Source of the DNA: Candidatus Micrarchaeota archaeon CG1_02_51_15
GTDB taxonomy: Archaea > Micrarchaeota > Micrarchaeia > Norongarragalinales > UBA8480
NCBI GenBank assembly: GCA_001871495.1
Contig: MNVG01000016.1
Location: 1 to 52,835 of the forward strand
Length of the DNA: 52,835 bases
Direction of reading: 5' to 3'
Position numbers and translations under genes: made by a program
In this document: positions 49,835 through 52,835 of the stretch, piece after piece
How positions within the stretch are numbered: the first letter of the stretch is position 1
Layout: each line of letters starts with the position of its first letter
Notes under the pieces: generated by a model
The model's input: the letters and a program-made list of their open reading frames with translations, nothing else
What the model was told of the DNA's origin: nothing
Database searches by the model: none

Positions 49835-50394
49835 AACTCGTTTTCGCAACCGGCAACGCGGGTAAACTCAAGGAAGTCAACGAAATACTTGAATCAGCAG
49901 GATTACAAGCCGAGTGCGTAAACGCCGACTTGCCTGAAATAAAGTCAGAGTCGATTACGGAAACAGCGGCAGCCAAGGCCAAAACAGCAGCAGAGCTGTT
50001 CAACTGCCCTGCTCTGGCCGACGACACTGGCTTGTTCTTCCAAGCGTACCCCGGCTTTCCCGGCGCGTTTCCTAAATTCGTTTTCAAAACGTTAGGCTAC
50101 ATCGGAATATTCAAGTTGCTTGAAGGAAGGCCGCGCAGTGCAACCTTCGTCACAGCAGCGGCGTACTGCGAGCCTTGCTCAAGCCCGAAAGTCTTCGAAG
50201 GCAAGTGCAAGGGAAGGATTGCCGAACTGCCTTCGCAAGAAAGCAATGACGGCCTGCCTTACGACTCGATTTTTGTTCCTGAAAACGAAGACAAAGCGTT
50301 TGCGCAAATGACTCTGCAGAAAAAAGCCGCGTACTCGCAGCGCGCAAAAGCATTCCGCGCAATGGCAAACTGGATTAGAGAGGGAAAACAATGA
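49831..50394 (+). CDS. non-canonical purine NTP pyrophosphatase (RdgB/HAM1/ITPase)
   Basis: MKLVFATGNAGKLKEVNEIL is the family N-terminus. The family's conserved acidic and Lys positions are also present (DDTGLFF; FAQM...K). Confidence 0.85.
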   Translation: MKLVFATGNAGKLKEVNEILESAGLQAECVNADLPEIKSESITETAAAKAKTAAELFNCPALADDTGLFFQAYPGFPGAFPKFVFKTLGYIGIFKLLEGRPRSATFVTAAAYCEPCSSPKVFEGKCKGRIAELPSQESNDGLPYDSIFVPENEDKAFAQMTLQKKAAYSQRAKAFRAMANWIREGKQ

Positions 50395-50693
50395 TTCGCG
50401 AAAAAAAACGTTATCTACAACTAAAAATCAACGCGCCGACCCAGTTGGACGAAGAGCACGCCAAGCACTTGATTTACGCCGCGGTGTTCGAGGCACTGGG
50501 CGAACACGGCGCTTCGAAAGCAGGCGTGCAACTCAAGAAATTCGATTTCGCAACGCAGACTGCAGTAGTGCGCTGCAGCAACTCGTTAATCGAACAGGCG
50601 ATTGCCGCACTGGCGCTCAAACGCAGACAAGATGGGAAAGACGTTTCAATAAGACTACTAAAAATAAGCGGAATGATTGGAAAGCTCGGATAG
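50391..50693 (+). CDS. rnp2: RNase P protein component 2 (Pop5/Rpp14)
   Basis: REKKRYLQLKI...EALGEHGASKAGVQLKKFDFATQTAVVRCSN...ISGMIGKL follows the Pop5 pattern (R.K.RYl.f.i ... lfGe.g.a ... ilrc ... sGTi). Confidence 0.75.
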   Translation: MIREKKRYLQLKINAPTQLDEEHAKHLIYAAVFEALGEHGASKAGVQLKKFDFATQTAVVRCSNSLIEQAIAALALKRRQDGKDVSIRLLKISGMIGKLG

Positions 50694-50738
50694 TCACCCG
50701 CCGAAACCACCTCATACTATAACAAACTATAGACTGCT

Positions 50739-51005
50739 ATGTACACTACGATTCAGGTTACTAAGCAGTTGAGGGACACCTTGGAAAACCGCAAGATGGC
50801 TGCCAGCGAGAGTTACGAGGAAGTCATTTGGGACTTGCTCGAAGATTCAATGGAACTTTCCGAAGAAACGGGACTTGGCAAAGTCCGGGACTCGAATTGC
50901 CGTAGGAAAGTTCAAGACGCTAACAGAAATAAGGAAGGCACGGAGAGTGTGACTGCGTGTCTTACGAAATCGTTTTTTCGAGAAGGCAGAACCCGAATTG
51001 GATAA
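50739..51005 (+). CDS. antitoxin of a RelE-type TA pair (ribbon-helix-helix-like N-terminus); C-terminal half appears frameshifted
   Basis: MYTTIQVTKQLRDTLENRKMAASESYEEVIWDLLEDSMELSEE is a typical archaeal antitoxin start. After about 50870 the +1 frame reads more plausibly (RDLAKSGTRIAVGKFKTLTEIRKARRV-stop at 50950-50952). Confidence 0.55.
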   Translation: MYTTIQVTKQLRDTLENRKMAASESYEEVIWDLLEDSMELSEETGLGKVRDSNCRRKVQDANRNKEGTESVTACLTKSFFREGRTRIG

Positions 51006-51213
51006 GCTCGAGAAACAAGTCCAATCGCGAGTAATAGCAGTAATAGAAAGGATACGCGTCCGTCCGGAAGCCCACTTGCAGAAACTGGTCGGAGAACCGG
51101 CGTACAAGCTGCGCGTCGGCGATTACCACGTCATCGCTGAAATCGACGAAAGGCTGAAACGCATTTGCGTACTAAAAACAGGCCACCGCAGAAACATTTA
51201 CTACCGATTCTAA
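50998..51213 (+). CDS. relE: RelE/ParE-family toxin (N-terminus apparently displaced by a frameshift in a T6 run)
   Basis: ...AYKLRVGDYHVIAEIDERLKRICVLKTGHRRNIY is the RelE/ParE core. The canonical N-terminus VSYEIVFS is encoded from GTG 50957 in another frame. It joins EKAEPELDKLEKQ only if one nt is restored at T6 (50973-50978). Confidence 0.65.
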   Translation: MDKLEKQVQSRVIAVIERIRVRPEAHLQKLVGEPAYKLRVGDYHVIAEIDERLKRICVLKTGHRRNIYYRF

Positions 51214-51263
51214 CCCGGCGTTGCTTGCCGGCAACGCCCCCGCTTCCTGCAGGAAGCGAGAAG

Positions 51264-51833
51264 TCAAACCCCTTGCTCCCTTATCCGCAGTGGAGCGCCG
51301 ACATTCTTTTGCCCCTTGTATTTGGAGCGCGCGTCTGCAGAAAAACTTGCCGAGGGTTCTAGCACGAAAAAAACGGCTTTGCAAAACTTCATTCCAGGCG
51401 TCAACACGATAGTGTTAGTGCCGCTATTTTTGATTTCCAAGGTTATCCTGCGAAAGCCCGGCCACCCGTGGCCAGGGTCGATCATCATTGCAGACATGTG
51501 AATAGTAACGCCAAGCCGGGCAATAGTGCTTGCTCCGTCGACGAAACAACCGAGTTTTGGCGACAACGCGATTTCTTCCAACGTCTCGCCCAACACAAAA
51601 TTGCATGGCTTGAGCACCAACGGCTTTTTCGACGACGCAAAAAACGGAACGTATGCTTTGGACAAATCGTCTTTCAACGGGTTTAACTTCAAACCCTTCT
51701 TCGGAACCAGAAAGTGCGGCCCCAAATGAAGAGTATACCCCGAAGGCCTCAAAGCTGCCTTGTCGAAAGGCCGCAGCTTAAGCGTTCCCTTCTTCAATTC
51801 CCTTACAATCCCAAGGTCCGACAACATAAGCAT
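51264..51833 (-). CDS. dcd: dCTP deaminase (dUTPase superfamily)
   Basis: MLSDLGIVRELKKGTLKLRPF...LRPSGYTLHLG and IDPGHGW...ITLEIKNSG match dCTP deaminase. Confidence 0.85.
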   Translation of the reverse strand: MLMLSDLGIVRELKKGTLKLRPFDKAALRPSGYTLHLGPHFLVPKKGLKLNPLKDDLSKAYVPFFASSKKPLVLKPCNFVLGETLEEIALSPKLGCFVDGASTIARLGVTIHMSAMMIDPGHGWPGFRRITLEIKNSGTNTIVLTPGMKFCKAVFFVLEPSASFSADARSKYKGQKNVGAPLRIREQGV

Positions 51834-51991
51834 TCACCCTAACAACCACTGAAGCAATTGATTCAATAAAAAGCAGTTGCTTGCCCATTTTTGAAAAGCG
51901 CAGGAACAAGCTTTAAAAACAGTTTTGAAGTATAAATAACAAGCAAACAAAAGCACGTTTGAATCAACCAGTAAAAGGAGGCACAATTAAA

Positions 51992-52835
51992 ATGGGAATT
52001 GAAATGAACAAAACCACCGTACTAGTGGCAATAGTCGCGCTAGTAATAGGCATAGCAGGCGCTTGGATGGCGTTCACGCAAGTGTACGGCGAAGATCTGG
52101 AGACCGCCAGCGAAATCAAAGCGGCAATGCAGCAAGACAGCGGATACCTTTCGCGAGGCGTAGCCGCGCCTGCGGCAATGGCACGAATAAGCTGCACTTA
52201 CCACGCCAAAACCAAAAAACGCGTATGCAAAAAAGCAACCCCCACACCCCGACCAACAGCAACCCCCAGCCCTACTCCACGGGCTACTGAGGCGACTCCT
52301 ACTCCTGAAGCTGTTTCAAGTGCAGTGTTAGATACGATTGTTTGTCCCACCTTTGATAGAACTCGCACTCGCTTGAAAGCGGTTCCTTACGAGGGAGATC
52401 ATCCTGAAATAAACCTTTGCTATGGACCTGTAAATAAGATGATAGTGAAACTGCCTGCAAGGCAGGGAACAACCGACTTAAGGATAATGGTATATTCAAT
52501 AAATGGAACTGAACTGACCCACGGAAGCGCTTCACTCGGAAGCTCGTTCAGTTACACCGGACCAAACGGCACAGTAAGCGTTGAATTCCTGAGCTACAAC
52601 GCAACCGCAAGCCCGCGCTACCGCGTCCGCATAACTCCTATTGAACTAACAACTCCCACTGCAACCCCTGCACCTAACGCAAGTACGATTTCGACGCCTA
52701 CTCCGGGTAACGTATTGGCGGCCTGGGGCTGCGTCAATGTTACGCTGCCATACACCGGCGCCCTGGCAAGGAATGACTGCGTTACTTTTGAAAACAGCAC
52801 TGGCGTAAACCACGCGTTGAAAATAAGCGATATAC
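51992..52835 (+). CDS. exported/membrane-anchored protein with Pro/Thr-rich linkers, partial (runs off the right edge)
   Basis: Open-ended, so absent from the ORF track. AAAGGAGG lies 9 nt upstream of the ATG. It translates to MGIEMNKTTVLVAIVALVIGIAGAWMAF (anchor/signal), then ATPTPRPTATPSPTPRATEATPTPE and TTPTATPAPNASTISTPTPG linkers separating beta-rich segments. There is no stop through 52835. Confidence 0.65.
   Translation, partial: MGIEMNKTTVLVAIVALVIGIAGAWMAFTQVYGEDLETASEIKAAMQQDSGYLSRGVAAPAAMARISCTYHAKTKKRVCKKATPTPRPTATPSPTPRATEATPTPEAVSSAVLDTIVCPTFDRTRTRLKAVPYEGDHPEINLCYGPVNKMIVKLPARQGTTDLRIMVYSINGTELTHGSASLGSSFSYTGPNGTVSVEFLSYNATASPRYRVRITPIELTTPTATPAPNASTISTPTPGNVLAAWGCVNVTLPYTGALARNDCVTFENSTGVNHALKISDI

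Noticed and set aside
51964-52197. 77-aa minus-strand ORF
   Set aside because: It is antisense to the open-ended plus-strand gene starting at 51992, which has a strong GGAGG RBS and a signal/anchor sequence.
1-52835. CRISPR arrays, rRNA genes and IS elements
   Set aside because: I saw no regularly spaced direct repeats, no rRNA-like conserved strings, and no transposase/integrase-like ORFs anywhere in the window.

Overview
This is an archaeal chromosomal segment. It carries both PolD subunits, a family-B DNA polymerase, ribosomal proteins L10e and L15e, Alba, RNase P proteins Pop5 and Rpp30, an archaeal-type MetAP and intron-containing tRNAs. Genes are tightly packed, with many 4-nt start/stop overlaps and frequent GTG/TTG starts. 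PolD together with tRNAs carrying two introns each argues against Crenarchaeota and suggests a DPANN/Micrarchaeota-like or similar uncultivated lineage; this is inference only.

Housekeeping content:
- Sua5, partial at the left edge.
- Three tRNA-Arg genes (CCG, UCG, CCU), each with two introns.
- An EndoIII-like glycosylase.
- An AsnA-like ligase divergent from an Lrp/AsnC regulator.
- A DP1 / histidine phosphatase / DP2 operon.
- PolB and MetAP.
- A TtuA/Ncs6-type tRNA thiolase.
- A complete four-subunit group-3b [NiFe] hydrogenase with HypA, a maturation protease and a ThiS-like GG protein.
- dCTP deaminase and ITPase.

Accessory or unusual content:
- A HerA/VirB4-like NTPase with degenerate Walker motifs. 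It lies next to an array of seven tightly packed small polytopic membrane-protein genes. This is my best candidate for an undescribed system.
- A Dam-type restriction-modification island.
- A secreted-protein locus: a Big_2 repeat protein, a C25-like peptidase and a Cys-rich protein.
- A candidate C/D box sRNA.
- A RelE-type toxin-antitoxin pair in which both genes appear frameshifted.
- Several overlapping or frameshifted ORFs.

I found no CRISPR array, rRNA, transposase or integrase. Many ORF-track entries are antisense artefacts of real genes.
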